A stretch of 62,272 bases of DNA from Patescibacteria group bacterium (GTDB lineage: Bacteria > Bacteroidota > Ignavibacteria > Kapaibacteriales > Kapaibacteriaceae): NCBI GenBank assembly GCA_044376225.1, contig JBILLF010000006.1, positions 1 through 62,272 on the forward strand, read 5' to 3'. The position numbers and the translations under genes were made by a program. Under the pieces are notes generated by a model that was not told the DNA's origin, searched no databases, and worked only from the letters and a program-made list of their open reading frames with translations. Below, piece by piece: positions 40,126 through 50,441 of this stretch (position 1 is the stretch's first letter; every line of letters begins with the position of its first letter).

Positions 40126-42582
40126 ATGCGCATGCTTCGTTTGCTTCTTCTTCTCGTTCTTGCCATCCCTTCCATGGCCCAACGGCTGAGCGTCGATCGT
40201 CTTGGTGATGCCACCAACGTCCGCACGCTTGACAGAGGTGTAGAGATCACCGCAACCAACGGACGGATGCTGATCGAGATCATTACGCCGGCGATCGTCA
40301 AGATCCACGTCACTCGGTCCGCATCATACGACACCCTGTCGTACGCCGTTGTTGGTCGAGCGCAGTCCATTCAGCCCGTGGTCAAAATCAATGACGATGT
40401 TATCGCCATCTCGACCGATTCGATGCAGGTGTATGTGGACCGTAAGCCCCTTACCGTGAAGGTGTTCGATCGAAGCGGGGCGATCCTGGTCGAGGACGAT
40501 CCCGGCTTTGGCGTATCGTGGGCAGGGTCGCATGTGACCAACTACAAGGTGATGCGCGATGATGAGCGCTTTATCGGATTGGGCGAGAAGACGGGTCCGC
40601 TCGACCGTCGTGGAAACGGCTACACGCATTGGAACACCGATTTCTTCGGCTATCCCTCCGGAGCTGATCCGATCTACATGTCCACGCCGTTCTATATCGG
40701 CCTGCACTCAGGTTCGACGATGTACGGTTTGTTCCTCGACAACTCGTCGCGGACGCGATTCAACTTCGGTGCGTCAAACAACAGGTTCTCCTCCTTCGGT
40801 GTCGAGGACGGGGACCTGCGCTATTACGTCATTGCCGGCTCGTCTATTCCGAGCATCATTTCGTCATACTCCTACCTGACCGGTACCACGCCACTTCCCC
40901 CGCTCTGGTCGCTTGGCTTTCAGCAGTGTCGTTACTCGTACTATCCTGATGCGCAGGTGTTGAATGTGGCACGCACCTTTCGTGAGCGTGGCATACCGGC
41001 TGACGTGATCTACCTCGATATTCACTACATGAAGGACTACAAGCTCTTCACGTGGGATTCAACACGGTTTCCCGACCCCAAGGGGCTGATCAAGAAGCTT
41101 GCTGACCTCAACTTCAAGATGACGGTCATTGTCGATCCTGGTATCAAGGTCGAAAAGGGATACCGACAGTATGACGAAGGCGTGTCGAACGACGTTTTCC
41201 TCAAGTACTCCGACGGCTCGCTCTATCAGGGTCAGGTTTGGCCCGGCTGGTGCCACTTCACCGACTTCACGCTTCCCAAGGCCCGCTCGTGGTGGGGTGA
41301 GCAGTTCAAGGGCCTGGTCACTGATGGTGTGCGCGGTTTCTGGAACGACATGAATGAGATCGCGACGTGGGGTCAGTTCATGCCCGACAACATCCTCTTT
41401 GGTTTCGAAGGAACGGGTCCGGCCTCACACCTGCTCGGCCGTAACGTCTATGGCATGCAGATGGCGCGCTCTACCTACGAGGGTACGCGGGCGCTGCTGA
41501 AGAATGAGCGACCCTTTATCCTGACGCGCTCCGGCTATAGTGGTATTCAGCGCTATAGTGCCGTCTGGACCGGCGACAATCAATCGAACGACGATCACAT
41601 GATGGCCGGTGTACGTCTGCTCAACAGCATGGGTCTGACGGGTGTGCCCTATGTGGGGATGGATGTAGGGGGCTTTACGGGCAACCCGTCGAAGGAACTG
41701 TTTGCCCGCTGGACGTCTATCAGTGCCTTCACGCCGTTCTTCCGTGCTCACGTTGCCATCGATAACAAGAGTCAGGAACCGTGGTCTTTTGGTGAACGCG
41801 TCGAGCAGATCTGCCGCAACTACATTTCCATGCGCTATCGCATTATGCCGACGATCTATTCCGCGTTCTACGAATCTTCGAAAACCGGAATGCCCGTGAT
41901 GCGCTCCATCGCTATCGAGAATCCGTTTGATAAGAATGTGTATGACTGGCAGTACCTGCATCAATTCACCCTCGGGTCGGACCTCATGATCTGTCCGACG
42001 CCGAGCTACGAGCGCTTTACGCGGGTATACTTCCCATCAGGCGGCACGTGGTACTCTGTGCATGATGATGCGCCCTATACAGGGGGCTCATCGGTCATTG
42101 TTGATTCACCGATCGAGCGTTTGCCCATGTTTGTGCGTGACGGTGGCATTGTTGTAGCGCAGTCGCTTGTGCAGTCACTCCAGGAGAAGCCAACAGACAC
42201 ATTGCTTGTGCACCTCTGGCCCGGAACGTCAACACGGCGCTTTGTCTGGTACACTGATGATGGTATGTCGCATGATCACGAGAAGGGGGCGTATCACGTC
42301 CGGACCTTCACACACGATGCTGCACGACGCACACTGACTATCGCTCGGGCTGAGGGGGCCTACAAGCCCCATTTCAAGCACGTCCGTATTCTGCTGCACG
42401 CCGCAGAGCCCGTGTCGGCAACGCTGAATGGTAAGTCTGCCCGACTAGAGCAGCAGTCCCACGCCTTCCTCGGTGGAATCCAGAAGTTCGATCCGCTCGG
42501 AGGGCCATCGGACAACACCGGTGTTTCTGTGCGGACCATCTCGGTTCCGCTTACTGATGATGTGATCACCCTAAGCTGGTAA
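40126..42582 (+). CDS. GH31 alpha-glucosidase
   Basis: GLGEK, LDIHYM, FWNDMNE nucleophile, WTGDN acid/base, signal peptide. Confidence 0.92.
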   Translation: MRMLRLLLLLVLAIPSMAQRLSVDRLGDATNVRTLDRGVEITATNGRMLIEIITPAIVKIHVTRSASYDTLSYAVVGRAQSIQPVVKINDDVIAISTDSMQVYVDRKPLTVKVFDRSGAILVEDDPGFGVSWAGSHVTNYKVMRDDERFIGLGEKTGPLDRRGNGYTHWNTDFFGYPSGADPIYMSTPFYIGLHSGSTMYGLFLDNSSRTRFNFGASNNRFSSFGVEDGDLRYYVIAGSSIPSIISSYSYLTGTTPLPPLWSLGFQQCRYSYYPDAQVLNVARTFRERGIPADVIYLDIHYMKDYKLFTWDSTRFPDPKGLIKKLADLNFKMTVIVDPGIKVEKGYRQYDEGVSNDVFLKYSDGSLYQGQVWPGWCHFTDFTLPKARSWWGEQFKGLVTDGVRGFWNDMNEIATWGQFMPDNILFGFEGTGPASHLLGRNVYGMQMARSTYEGTRALLKNERPFILTRSGYSGIQRYSAVWTGDNQSNDDHMMAGVRLLNSMGLTGVPYVGMDVGGFTGNPSKELFARWTSISAFTPFFRAHVAIDNKSQEPWSFGERVEQICRNYISMRYRIMPTIYSAFYESSKTGMPVMRSIAIENPFDKNVYDWQYLHQFTLGSDLMICPTPSYERFTRVYFPSGGTWYSVHDDAPYTGGSSVIVDSPIERLPMFVRDGGIVVAQSLVQSLQEKPTDTLLVHLWPGTSTRRFVWYTDDGMSHDHEKGAYHVRTFTHDAARRTLTIARAEGAYKPHFKHVRILLHAAEPVSATLNGKSARLEQQSHAFLGGIQKFDPLGGPSDNTGVSVRTISVPLTDDVITLSW

Positions 42583-42704
42583 GCGACTGATCTTCATCCG
42601 TAAAAACGGCCGGTTCACATACGGGTAGCCCCCTGAGGCCTACGGTCAATTGAAGCAGAGCATTGGCACCTCTACGTTGCGTGCAGCAGCAAAGAGGATG
42701 AGCC

Positions 42705-43190
42705 ATGGATATCGACCGTTCTGAATTATACCGGTACCTGACGCGGCGCTACAGCTACGTTGACGTTGAAGAGGTCCGGGATGCCGTACAATCGGCCATT
42801 GCGGCTACCTGGGAGAGGAGTGTTCTGCGAGAGCCGCCACAGAACGTCCAGGCCTATTCGACAGTTGTCGCTCAGCGTATGCTGATGCGCCAGATCGAAT
42901 ACCGCCGGCGCCATTTGAATCCAACCGGCATTTTGCAGAACGGTTGGGACGACATCGGTTACCTCGGTCACACCCCAGTCACGTCCCGCGGCGCTGAAGC
43001 CAGCGTAGACGCTCAGACGGTTCTCAAGGCGCTACCCGATCATTACGCCAGCATACTCCGTCGCCACTATCTCGACGGTCATACCCTCGAAGAGCTTGCC
43101 CACACCGAGGGCGTCACTCCGGAATGCATGCGCAAACGCCATGAACGCGCAATCAAGTATGCACGGAAGATCTTTTCAAAGGAGGAGTAG
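42705..43190 (+). CDS. ECF-type sigma-70 factor
   Basis: Region 2 EEVRDAVQ..W; region 4 LKALPDHY..YLDGHTLEELA..GVTPECMRKRHERA. Confidence 0.75.
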   Translation: MDIDRSELYRYLTRRYSYVDVEEVRDAVQSAIAATWERSVLREPPQNVQAYSTVVAQRMLMRQIEYRRRHLNPTGILQNGWDDIGYLGHTPVTSRGAEASVDAQTVLKALPDHYASILRRHYLDGHTLEELAHTEGVTPECMRKRHERAIKYARKIFSKEE

Positions 43191-43321
43191 TTGTCGGCGC
43201 AAACATCGCTGTGTTGGCCGTGCTAGCAACATTAGAAAAGAGGCTCTCGAAGAAAAGATCAAGGAAACTCGCTCATCGAAGCCGCATCAGCCACCAAGGT
43301 TATAGGTGGGTGGAATGCTGA

Positions 43322-43570
43322 GGTCGGATTTTACCATTCACTCACGTATCAGCCGAGTACTACGGACAAATGTCTGCCGATGCTCGCAGACGTGGGAGAA
43401 CACTATCCATACCAGACGCCTACATTGCGGCAATTGCTCTTGCCTCGAGTTATGCCGTCGTGACGCGAGACAGTACGCCGTTTCGAAATGCTGGAATTGT
43501 GGTGATCGATTCGATCTCCGCTGGCCTCGAAATCAACGTGCTCGTTCCACCTACCTCTGCAAATCCTTGA
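43322..43570 (+). pseudogene. C-terminal fragment of a VapC/FitB PIN toxin
   Basis: GRILPF..AEYYGQ..ARRRGR..DAYIAAIA..VVTRDSTPFRNAGIVVID, preceded by in-frame TGA (43319); no N-terminal half or antitoxin. Confidence 0.75.
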
Positions 43571-43955
43571 TCTTCGCCAGATCGTGCGAGAGATCGACGA
43601 GGTTGCGCATTACGCCTTGGGACATGCCAAAGTAGACATCGTCGAAGCGGCGGAGGGTGTCGTCACTGGCTTCGGGCATCAGCGTGGCGATGTGTTCGCG
43701 TAGGGCGTTGAGCTGACGGGCGAACTCCTCTTCGAGAAGTCGGTAGCCTTCGTCACCAGGGCGGACGCGACGCAAGGTGCCATAGACCTTCCATGCGCCG
43801 GTACCGGTAAGCGTGATGGCGTTGAACGTGTCGGAGTTGTCGGCTCGCATCGCAAGCTCAAGGATGATACCGACATCGTTGCGCTTACGCAGGCCCCCTT
43901 CCACCGACTCATTCAGGAAGTTGATGACGGATTCCGTTTCGGGGGAGAGTTCCAT
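43551..43955 (-). CDS. Hypothetical helical protein
   Basis: Co-oriented with the upstream operon, 2-bp gap, host-like codon use. Confidence 0.7.
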   Translation of the reverse strand: MELSPETESVINFLNESVEGGLRKRNDVGIILELAMRADNSDTFNAITLTGTGAWKVYGTLRRVRPGDEGYRLLEEEFARQLNALREHIATLMPEASDDTLRRFDDVYFGMSQGVMRNLVDLSHDLAKIKDLQR

Positions 43956-43957
43956 GG

Positions 43958-44569
43958 TCAGTACTGAACAGTAGCAAGTATGGAGCGAAACACGCGTTCC
44001 TGCTCAAGCGGATCGGGTACGTCCTTGCCAGTGACGGTAAGGGGCGCCAGGGCGATTTCGTAGTTGTTGCCGAGCGACGAAACGCATACGGCACAGCGTG
44101 TACGCAGACTTCCGCCGTTGGTGCTGAAGTCGAATGCGGCAAACCGGCGGGCACCAAGCTGTGCGATGCGATATGATCCGACGAGTTTAGCCTGGCCCCC
44201 GGTCTTGCGGACGTGCTTTTGAAATGTGGAACGGGCAAGACCAAGCAGGCCGTCCGATTCGATAGATTCCTTCGATGACTCCGCTCCGGGAATCGACGAC
44301 ACCACCATGGACAGCGTGTAGTCAGGATTTACAGCAACGGAGACGATCTCGGCAGATGCCTCATTCTTGGTATCGAGGAAGACCCATGACCGTGGTAGAA
44401 GAGCGATAAGATCACCAGCACGTGTGCGCACTAGGTCGTCACTCATTGGTATCTCAGGTTGCGGACTAAGGGCCACGTTCTGCACATCGAACTTCTCTTC
44501 GGGCGCCTTGACGAACAGGCATGCGGGAAGAGCCACAGCAACGAACAGAATGAGAAGAAAGACTCTCAC
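43958..44569 (-). CDS. Hypothetical lipoprotein
   Basis: Hydrophobic signal ending LPAC; 4-bp overlap with upstream gene. Confidence 0.7.
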   Translation of the reverse strand: MRVFLLILFVAVALPACLFVKAPEEKFDVQNVALSPQPEIPMSDDLVRTRAGDLIALLPRSWVFLDTKNEASAEIVSVAVNPDYTLSMVVSSIPGAESSKESIESDGLLGLARSTFQKHVRKTGGQAKLVGSYRIAQLGARRFAAFDFSTNGGSLRTRCAVCVSSLGNNYEIALAPLTVTGKDVPDPLEQERVFRSILATVQY

Positions 44570-45162
44570 TTCTTCTCTCCGGCACGGATGGCCACATCCA
44601 GGTTGTTCTCTTTCGGAACGAGCGGACAGGAGAACCGGTCGCTGTAGGCGCAGTAGGGATTGTACGCTTCGTTAAAGTCAATCACATACTCGCTACCGTC
44701 TAGCTTCGGAATGTCCAGATATCGCCCGGCAGAATAGGTCTCACGTCCGGTGGTCTTATCAGTGAACGGCACAAAGAACGACGTCCCCTCATTGCCGCCG
44801 AAGATATAGGCCGCAAGCCTGTGCGTGCCGCCCTTGAGTGTGAAGTTCAGCCATCCTGCGCGCACGGCTCTACGCAGCTCGTCTGTGGACGTCTGCATCA
44901 TGATGGTGTCGCCCGAGGTGGTCGGTGTATAGGTAGCCTCTACCACGTAGCTCTCATCAGGATCGAAGTAGCGCAGTCCGGTGAATGATGAACGCTTCTC
45001 TTCTGACAGGGGGCTTGTGGTGCTCGATCGAAACGCTTCGTCCTTGGCCTGGCGCAGCTCCAGGATCTCCTGTTCGTTGTATTCGCTCACAGAGCCTCCT
45101 TCATCCTCATCGCAGGACACGAGCGTAATAGACAGAACGGCGACGAGCAGTAGCTTCCACAT
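44566..45162 (-). CDS. DUF1684 family lipoprotein
   Basis: LVSC lipobox; GLRYF, PFTDKTTGRETYSAGRY, DFNEAYNPYCAY..CPL.P.EN. Confidence 0.88.
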   Translation of the reverse strand: MWKLLLVAVLSITLVSCDEDEGGSVSEYNEQEILELRQAKDEAFRSSTTSPLSEEKRSSFTGLRYFDPDESYVVEATYTPTTSGDTIMMQTSTDELRRAVRAGWLNFTLKGGTHRLAAYIFGGNEGTSFFVPFTDKTTGRETYSAGRYLDIPKLDGSEYVIDFNEAYNPYCAYSDRFSCPLVPKENNLDVAIRAGEKK

Positions 45163-45169
45163 ACAGAGG

Positions 45170-45724
45170 TTATCCTTTGCGTTCATCTTCGGGGAAGTTC
45201 TTCCACATCATCGATTCAACAGGAGCCTGAACCTTGGCGTTGTACTTTGCCGATGGCTTACTGTTGTATGGGTTGATGACGGTGCCCTGGACCATGAAGT
45301 AGATGAGTTGGCCGATCGGCATGCCTGCATAGACACGCACGGGCTGCTTGACGCTGATCTCCAGCGTCCAGAAGTTGCAGAAGCCGATATCGCCTTTTCC
45401 TGCCGTGGCGTGAATATCAATGCCCAGACGCCCAACGCTGGACTTACCCTCAAGGAATGGGACGTGGGCATGTGTTTCGGTGTACTCCTCGGTAACACCC
45501 AGATAGAACTTCTCCGGCACGAGCACGATGCCTTCATCCGGAATCGGGTACAGCTCGATGCGATTGTGACTCTTAGCGTCGAGTTCACGGTTGACATACT
45601 CCCCAAGCATGCGGCCCAGGTGGACGTCGTAGGAGTTAGAACCTAAACACGAGCGGTCAAATGGCTCGATCTTGATCGTTCCGGCCTCCATGCAGGCCAG
45701 GATTTCGGCGTCTGTCAGAATCAT
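45170..45724 (-). CDS. dcd: dCTP deaminase
   Basis: MILTD, NSYDVHLG, EGKSSVGRLG, HATAG.GD.GF, TLEI, IGQL. Confidence 0.93.
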   Translation of the reverse strand: MILTDAEILACMEAGTIKIEPFDRSCLGSNSYDVHLGRMLGEYVNRELDAKSHNRIELYPIPDEGIVLVPEKFYLGVTEEYTETHAHVPFLEGKSSVGRLGIDIHATAGKGDIGFCNFWTLEISVKQPVRVYAGMPIGQLIYFMVQGTVINPYNSKPSAKYNAKVQAPVESMMWKNFPEDERKG

Positions 45725-45751
45725 GCGCGGAAATTACGCACGATTCGAGAC

Positions 45752-46492
45752 TCATGAGTAGCGGGCGTTCTTCACCAGACCCCATTTGTGAAGTCGGTGC
45801 TGCATACTCGTAAACAGCACACCGAAGCCATAAATCGTGCTGCGGCGGAAGTTGATTGATGAGGCATCATCGAAGTACTTGGTCGGACATGTGACCTCTC
45901 CGATGGGGAAGTCGGCCATGATGATCTGTGACAGCATCTGGTTATCGAAGACAAAGTCGTCGCTGTTGGCTTCGAGGTCAATCTTCTCCAGCACCTGGCG
46001 CGAAAACGCGCGATATCCGGTGTGGTACTCCGACAGCTTCTGGCTCACCAGCATATTCTGGATAAACGTCAAAGCCCGATTGGCGACGTACTTGTACAGG
46101 GGCATGCCGCCCTTGCGAGCCCCGTTGCCAAGAATGCGTGATGCCAGCACAACGGGGTACACATCATTGGCGATCATCCACGCCATTACGGGGATGAGAA
46201 GGGGCGTGTACTGGTAGTCGGGATGGACCATGATCACAACATCGGCACCACAATCGAGGGCCTTGGCATAGCACGTCTTCTGATTCCCGCCGTAGCCACG
46301 GTTCACGTCGTGTCGGATCACATGGTCGATGCCCAGGTCGTGTGCCAGCTGCGTTGTGTTGTCGCGCGAGTGGTCATCCACAAGGATGACCTCATCGACG
46401 ATATCCATCGGGATTTCCCGATAGGTCATTTCTAGGGTCTTCTCGGCGTTGTAGGCCGGCATGACCACCACGATACGCTTACCGTTGATCAC
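45752..46492 (-). CDS. Glycosyltransferase family 2 (DPM1-like)
   Basis: VVMPAYNAE, LVDDHSRD, GYGGNQK, HPDYQY, EYHTGYRAF. Confidence 0.92.
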   Translation of the reverse strand: MINGKRIVVVMPAYNAEKTLEMTYREIPMDIVDEVILVDDHSRDNTTQLAHDLGIDHVIRHDVNRGYGGNQKTCYAKALDCGADVVIMVHPDYQYTPLLIPVMAWMIANDVYPVVLASRILGNGARKGGMPLYKYVANRALTFIQNMLVSQKLSEYHTGYRAFSRQVLEKIDLEANSDDFVFDNQMLSQIIMADFPIGEVTCPTKYFDDASSINFRRSTIYGFGVLFTSMQHRLHKWGLVKNARYS

Positions 46493-47202
46493 TGGAGTTC
46501 AAACACGATATTGATGGTTGATTTCAATGTGAGCTGGCCTGACTCGACCGGGGTTGTCGGTGCTGCATCCATTTGAATTGCCATAGCCCGTGTGGCATAG
46601 ACTGGTCGCGGCTCGTAGGTCTGTGATTCAGTGATCGTGATGGCATCGCCAACCTTTGCGCCAGCGGCTTCAGCCAAGGCAACAGCCTTGGCGCGAGCAT
46701 TGCGGGCTGCCTGGATCTGGAGCGAATCGTGAAGTCGGCTGGCATCCTTTGAGGAGAAGGTCACCCCCTCCAGGACATTGCTCGACTCGTTAACGCCAGC
46801 GTTGACGACGTCCTCCACCTTGGCAAGATCATTCACGGTGATGACCACGACGTTGCGCATTCTGTAGCGAATGAATTCCCGGCGGTCATCCTTCCACGAA
46901 TACTCGGGCTGGATCGAAAGGTCGCGCGTCATGATGTCTTTCGCAGGGATGCCAAGCCCCTTGACAGCGTCAAGGATAGACTTTACGCGTTTGCCGTTGT
47001 CGGTCTTGATCGAGATCATGTTCTTGCCCCATGTCTCCACGCCAATCGTCACCGTGGCACGGTCTGGACTCATCGTCATTTCAGCTTCGCCTGTGACCGT
47101 GATGGTGCGGCGCTCCGGTTGCGGTGGCGCTGGTTGCGCCAATGCTGAAAAGGGCCCTACCAGAGCGGCAATGGCCATCGCTGTCAGAATGTGCCGGGTC
47201 AT
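46489..47202 (-). CDS. SIMPL (DUF541) periplasmic protein
   Basis: Signal peptide; ITVTGEAE..PDRA, ARAKA..LAEAAG. Confidence 0.88.
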   Translation of the reverse strand: MTRHILTAMAIAALVGPFSALAQPAPPQPERRTITVTGEAEMTMSPDRATVTIGVETWGKNMISIKTDNGKRVKSILDAVKGLGIPAKDIMTRDLSIQPEYSWKDDRREFIRYRMRNVVVITVNDLAKVEDVVNAGVNESSNVLEGVTFSSKDASRLHDSLQIQAARNARAKAVALAEAAGAKVGDAITITESQTYEPRPVYATRAMAIQMDAAPTTPVESGQLTLKSTINIVFELQ

Positions 47203-47211
47203 TCAAGTATC

Positions 47212-49158
47212 CTATGATTCTGCCGAAACAACTTCCATGAGTGTGCTCCACTCGTCCATGAGTGACGCAAGAACACGCTTCGCAGTTTCATAGGTGGTGA
47301 TACTCTTGTGCTGCTTGACGGGATCCTTGTAAAGATCGGGGTCGGCAAGGGTGACCTCCAACTCTGCAATGGTTTTCTCCTGCACGCCAATCTGCTTTTC
47401 GATCTCGCTGATACGACGCTCCGCCTTGCGCTTTTCTTTCTCCAGCGCTTTCTGTTCCTCGCGGATCTGCGCGGCGGACTTGGCCGGCTGTGCGGCTGGA
47501 GCATGACCCAGAGGGATCTCGTGAGGGGGCGGAGCAGACTGGAGTCGGGGGTCGCCAAGAAGCTTGAGGTACGTGTCCACGTCGCCCTCGTATTCCTTCA
47601 GCGTACCGAGACGGAAAGCGATGATCTTCTCAGTGAGCCCATCAAGGAAGTCACGGTCGTGCGATACCACGATCATCGCGCCGTCATAGGCCATGAGAGC
47701 TTCCTTGAGCACTTCCTTTGAAAGCATGTCAAGGTGATTCGTCGGCTCGTCGAGGATGAGCAGGTTGTAGGGTTGCAGAAGCAGGCGGGCCAGGGCCAGA
47801 CGTGATTTCTCACCGCCGCTCAGAACGCTGACGCGCTTGTTGATGTCGTCCCCCTTGAACAGGAACGCTCCCAACAACGTGCGCAGGCGCGAGCGCATTT
47901 CCGGAGGAGCCCCTTGTTCCATGATCTCATAGACCGTCTGGAAGCCGTCCATGGAGTCGGCCTGATGCTGTGCATAGTACCCAACCGATGTGGCATGGCC
48001 GATCTGGACTGTGCCTGCACTTGGGGGCTCAACACCGGCGATGATCTTGGCGAGCGTGGTCTTGCCTTCGCCGTTCTTGCCAATGAAGGCGATCTTCTCG
48101 CCGCGTTCCAAGGCGAAGTCCACACCGCGTAGCACCTTCTTATCGCCGTAGCTCTTGTGGATGCCAGTGCATTCCACAATGACACGTCCGGCACGTGGAG
48201 CCGGCGGAAACGAGAAGTGGATTGAGGATGTGTCCTGATCATCCACCTCGATTACTTCCATCCGCTGAAGCGCCTTAATGCGCGACTGCGCGCGCGAGGC
48301 CAGCGATGCTTTGTACTTGAATTTATCGATCCACTTCTGCATCCGATCGCGCTCACGATTCTGGCGTGCAGCCATAGCCTTCTGCTGCTCCATACGCTCG
48401 GCACGGATCTCCTCGTAGTCCGAGTAGCTGGCGGGGATGTCGTAGACCTTGTTCTTCGTGATCTCGATCGTACGATTGGTGATGCTGTCCAGAAATGTCC
48501 GGTCGTGCGAGATCAGCACCACGGCGCCGTCGTAGTTCGACAAGAAGTCTTCCAGCCAGCGCACGGAATCGATATCGAGGTGGTTCGTCGGCTCGTCTAG
48601 CAAAAGGCAATCCGGACGTTGCAGCAGAAGGCGCCCGAGCTCGGCGCGCATCTGCCAGCCCCCTGAGAACATCGTCAGCGGATTATCGAGTTGTGCGCGT
48701 TCGAAGCCGAGTCCGGTGAGCACCTGCTCAATATCGGCCTGCATGGTCATGCCTCCGCGGCGTGCATAGAGGTCATTTGCATCGGTCAGACGCTGCACGA
48801 GCTTCATGTACTCGTCGCTCTCATAATCGGTGCGAGTCTCCAGCTGATGCTGGATCTCGTCGATCTCCGCATGCAGGGCTAGGACCTCTTCGAAGGCCTG
48901 CATGGCGGTCTCGCGGAGCGTCTTGGTGACGTCCAGCGTAAGCTCCTGCGAAAGGAAGCCCACGCGGATGCCCGTTTGACGCGACACGTCGCCCGACGTG
49001 CCTTGACGCTCTCCGGCAATGATGCTGAGCATGGTGGACTTGCCGGCCCCGTTGCGGCCCACAAGGCCGATACGGTCACCATGTCTGATGAGAAAGCTCA
49101 CGCCCTTGAACAGGACGCGTGTTCCGAAATCAACGGTAATGTTGGAAAGAGAGATCAC
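47212..49158 (-). CDS. ABC-F family ATPase (YheS-like)
   Basis: GRNGAGKS, FSGGWQMR, LDEPTNHLD twice, SGGEKSR; GTG start overlaps the coaBC stop. Confidence 0.92.
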   Translation of the reverse strand: MISLSNITVDFGTRVLFKGVSFLIRHGDRIGLVGRNGAGKSTMLSIIAGERQGTSGDVSRQTGIRVGFLSQELTLDVTKTLRETAMQAFEEVLALHAEIDEIQHQLETRTDYESDEYMKLVQRLTDANDLYARRGGMTMQADIEQVLTGLGFERAQLDNPLTMFSGGWQMRAELGRLLLQRPDCLLLDEPTNHLDIDSVRWLEDFLSNYDGAVVLISHDRTFLDSITNRTIEITKNKVYDIPASYSDYEEIRAERMEQQKAMAARQNRERDRMQKWIDKFKYKASLASRAQSRIKALQRMEVIEVDDQDTSSIHFSFPPAPRAGRVIVECTGIHKSYGDKKVLRGVDFALERGEKIAFIGKNGEGKTTLAKIIAGVEPPSAGTVQIGHATSVGYYAQHQADSMDGFQTVYEIMEQGAPPEMRSRLRTLLGAFLFKGDDINKRVSVLSGGEKSRLALARLLLQPYNLLILDEPTNHLDMLSKEVLKEALMAYDGAMIVVSHDRDFLDGLTEKIIAFRLGTLKEYEGDVDTYLKLLGDPRLQSAPPPHEIPLGHAPAAQPAKSAAQIREEQKALEKEKRKAERRISEIEKQIGVQEKTIAELEVTLADPDLYKDPVKQHKSITTYETAKRVLASLMDEWSTLMEVVSAES

Positions 49159-50381
49159 AGGCGTTCTATGGCGTCGAGGATGACCTCGGCGCATGCAGTC
49201 TTGGACATTGGTGGAAAGGGGCTGGTCGGCCCGTCATTAGTAATGATCGTTATGGTATTTCTTCCGCTTCCAAAGCCCGAATCTGGGGCGTTGGCGGCAT
49301 TCGCCACGATCATATCGGCATTCTTACGTTCAAGCTTCTCTTTGGCGTATCCGACCACATCTCCGGTCTCAAGAGCAAATCCGACAACTTTTTGGCTGTC
49401 ATTCTTGCCTGCTCCGATCTCGGCCAGAATGTCCTTGGTGCGTACAAGCTCAATCGAGGCATGTTCACCTACGACGTCCTTCTTCAGCTTCACGTCAAGG
49501 GGCGCAGCCGGCGTGTAATCGGCCACAGCCGCCGACATGATAAAGATGTCGGCCTCCTCACGGTGTCTCATGACGGCCTCGTACATCTCTGCGGCCGACG
49601 TCACATCGACGCGTTCCACACCAAACGGCGTGGGCAGACTCACCGGGCCGGTAACAAGCGTCACCAGATAACCCCGCCGTTGCGCAGCCGCAGCAAGGGC
49701 AAAGCCCATTGTTCCGGTTGAGTGGTTGACGATCGAGCGGACAGCGTCGATTCGCTCGTGTGTTGGCCCGGCCGTGATTAGAAGATGACGGGAGAGAGGA
49801 AGTACTGAATTACTGAATGACGGAATTACTGAAGTACTTCCGTCATTCCGTACTTCAGTAATTGCCTTCACAATCGTTTCGATCTCTGGCAACCGTCCAT
49901 GGCCAACGAGGCCCGAGGCGAGTTCGCCCGATTCGGGATCGACCACGGTGATGCCATCAGAGCGAAGTAGCTCAACGTTGCGCTGTGTGGCCGGCTGCAG
50001 CCACATGTCGGAGTCCATGGCCGGGAAGACGAACAGTGGGGTTTCGGCTGGACGTGAGCACACAACCGTCATCAGAGCCGTATCACACAGTCCTGTGGCA
50101 AGGCGTGCCAACGTGGTTGCCGAGCAGGGCGCGATACAGATCACATCGGCCCATCGGGCAAGGTGCACGTGCCACGAGCCCCCTTCCTGAATGGCAGGGT
50201 CGTAGGGATCGATGATCACCGGATGCGTGGTGACGGCTTCGAGGGCAAGGGGTGCCACAAACTGTCGTGCCGATGGAGTCATGACCACGCGCACGTCGTG
50301 GCCGGCCCGGCGCAGATCACGCACCAGCCACGGCGTCTTGTACGCCGAAACACTACCTGTTATGCCCAGAAGGATCTTCAT
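49155..50381 (-). CDS. coaBC: Bifunctional phosphopantothenoylcysteine decarboxylase/ligase
   Basis: [21 protein letters not shown]; ITAGPT.E.ID.VR..N.STG.MG, AAVADY, VGFALET. Confidence 0.95.
   Translation of the reverse strand: MKILLGITGSVSAYKTPWLVRDLRRAGHDVRVVMTPSARQFVAPLALEAVTTHPVIIDPYDPAIQEGGSWHVHLARWADVICIAPCSATTLARLATGLCDTALMTVVCSRPAETPLFVFPAMDSDMWLQPATQRNVELLRSDGITVVDPESGELASGLVGHGRLPEIETIVKAITEVRNDGSTSVIPSFSNSVLPLSRHLLITAGPTHERIDAVRSIVNHSTGTMGFALAAAAQRRGYLVTLVTGPVSLPTPFGVERVDVTSAAEMYEAVMRHREEADIFIMSAAVADYTPAAPLDVKLKKDVVGEHASIELVRTKDILAEIGAGKNDSQKVVGFALETGDVVGYAKEKLERKNADMIVANAANAPDSGFGSGRNTITIITNDGPTSPFPPMSKTACAEVILDAIERL
49799..49864. repeat. Bipolar 8-bp repeat inside the coaBC interdomain linker
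   Basis: 5 x GAA(T/G)(T/G)AC(T/G), palindromic GAAGTACTTC, then 3 inverted units. Confidence 0.8.
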
Positions 50382-50390
50382 AAGACGAAA

Positions 50391-50420
50391 CGAGCCATCG
50401 CGGAACGACCGGATGGCTCG
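50391..50420 (-). terminator. Hairpin between rpoZ and coaBC (weak terminator or stabiliser)
   Basis: CGAGCCATC..GATGGCTCG followed by TTTCGTCTT on the minus strand. Confidence 0.5.
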
Positions 50421-50441
50421 AACAACTGCATGTCGTGGGGA

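Noticed and set aside
42663-42680. Sigma-54 promoter TTGGCAC..TTGC before the ECF gene
   Set aside because: GG-to-GC spacing is 12 nt, not the required 10.
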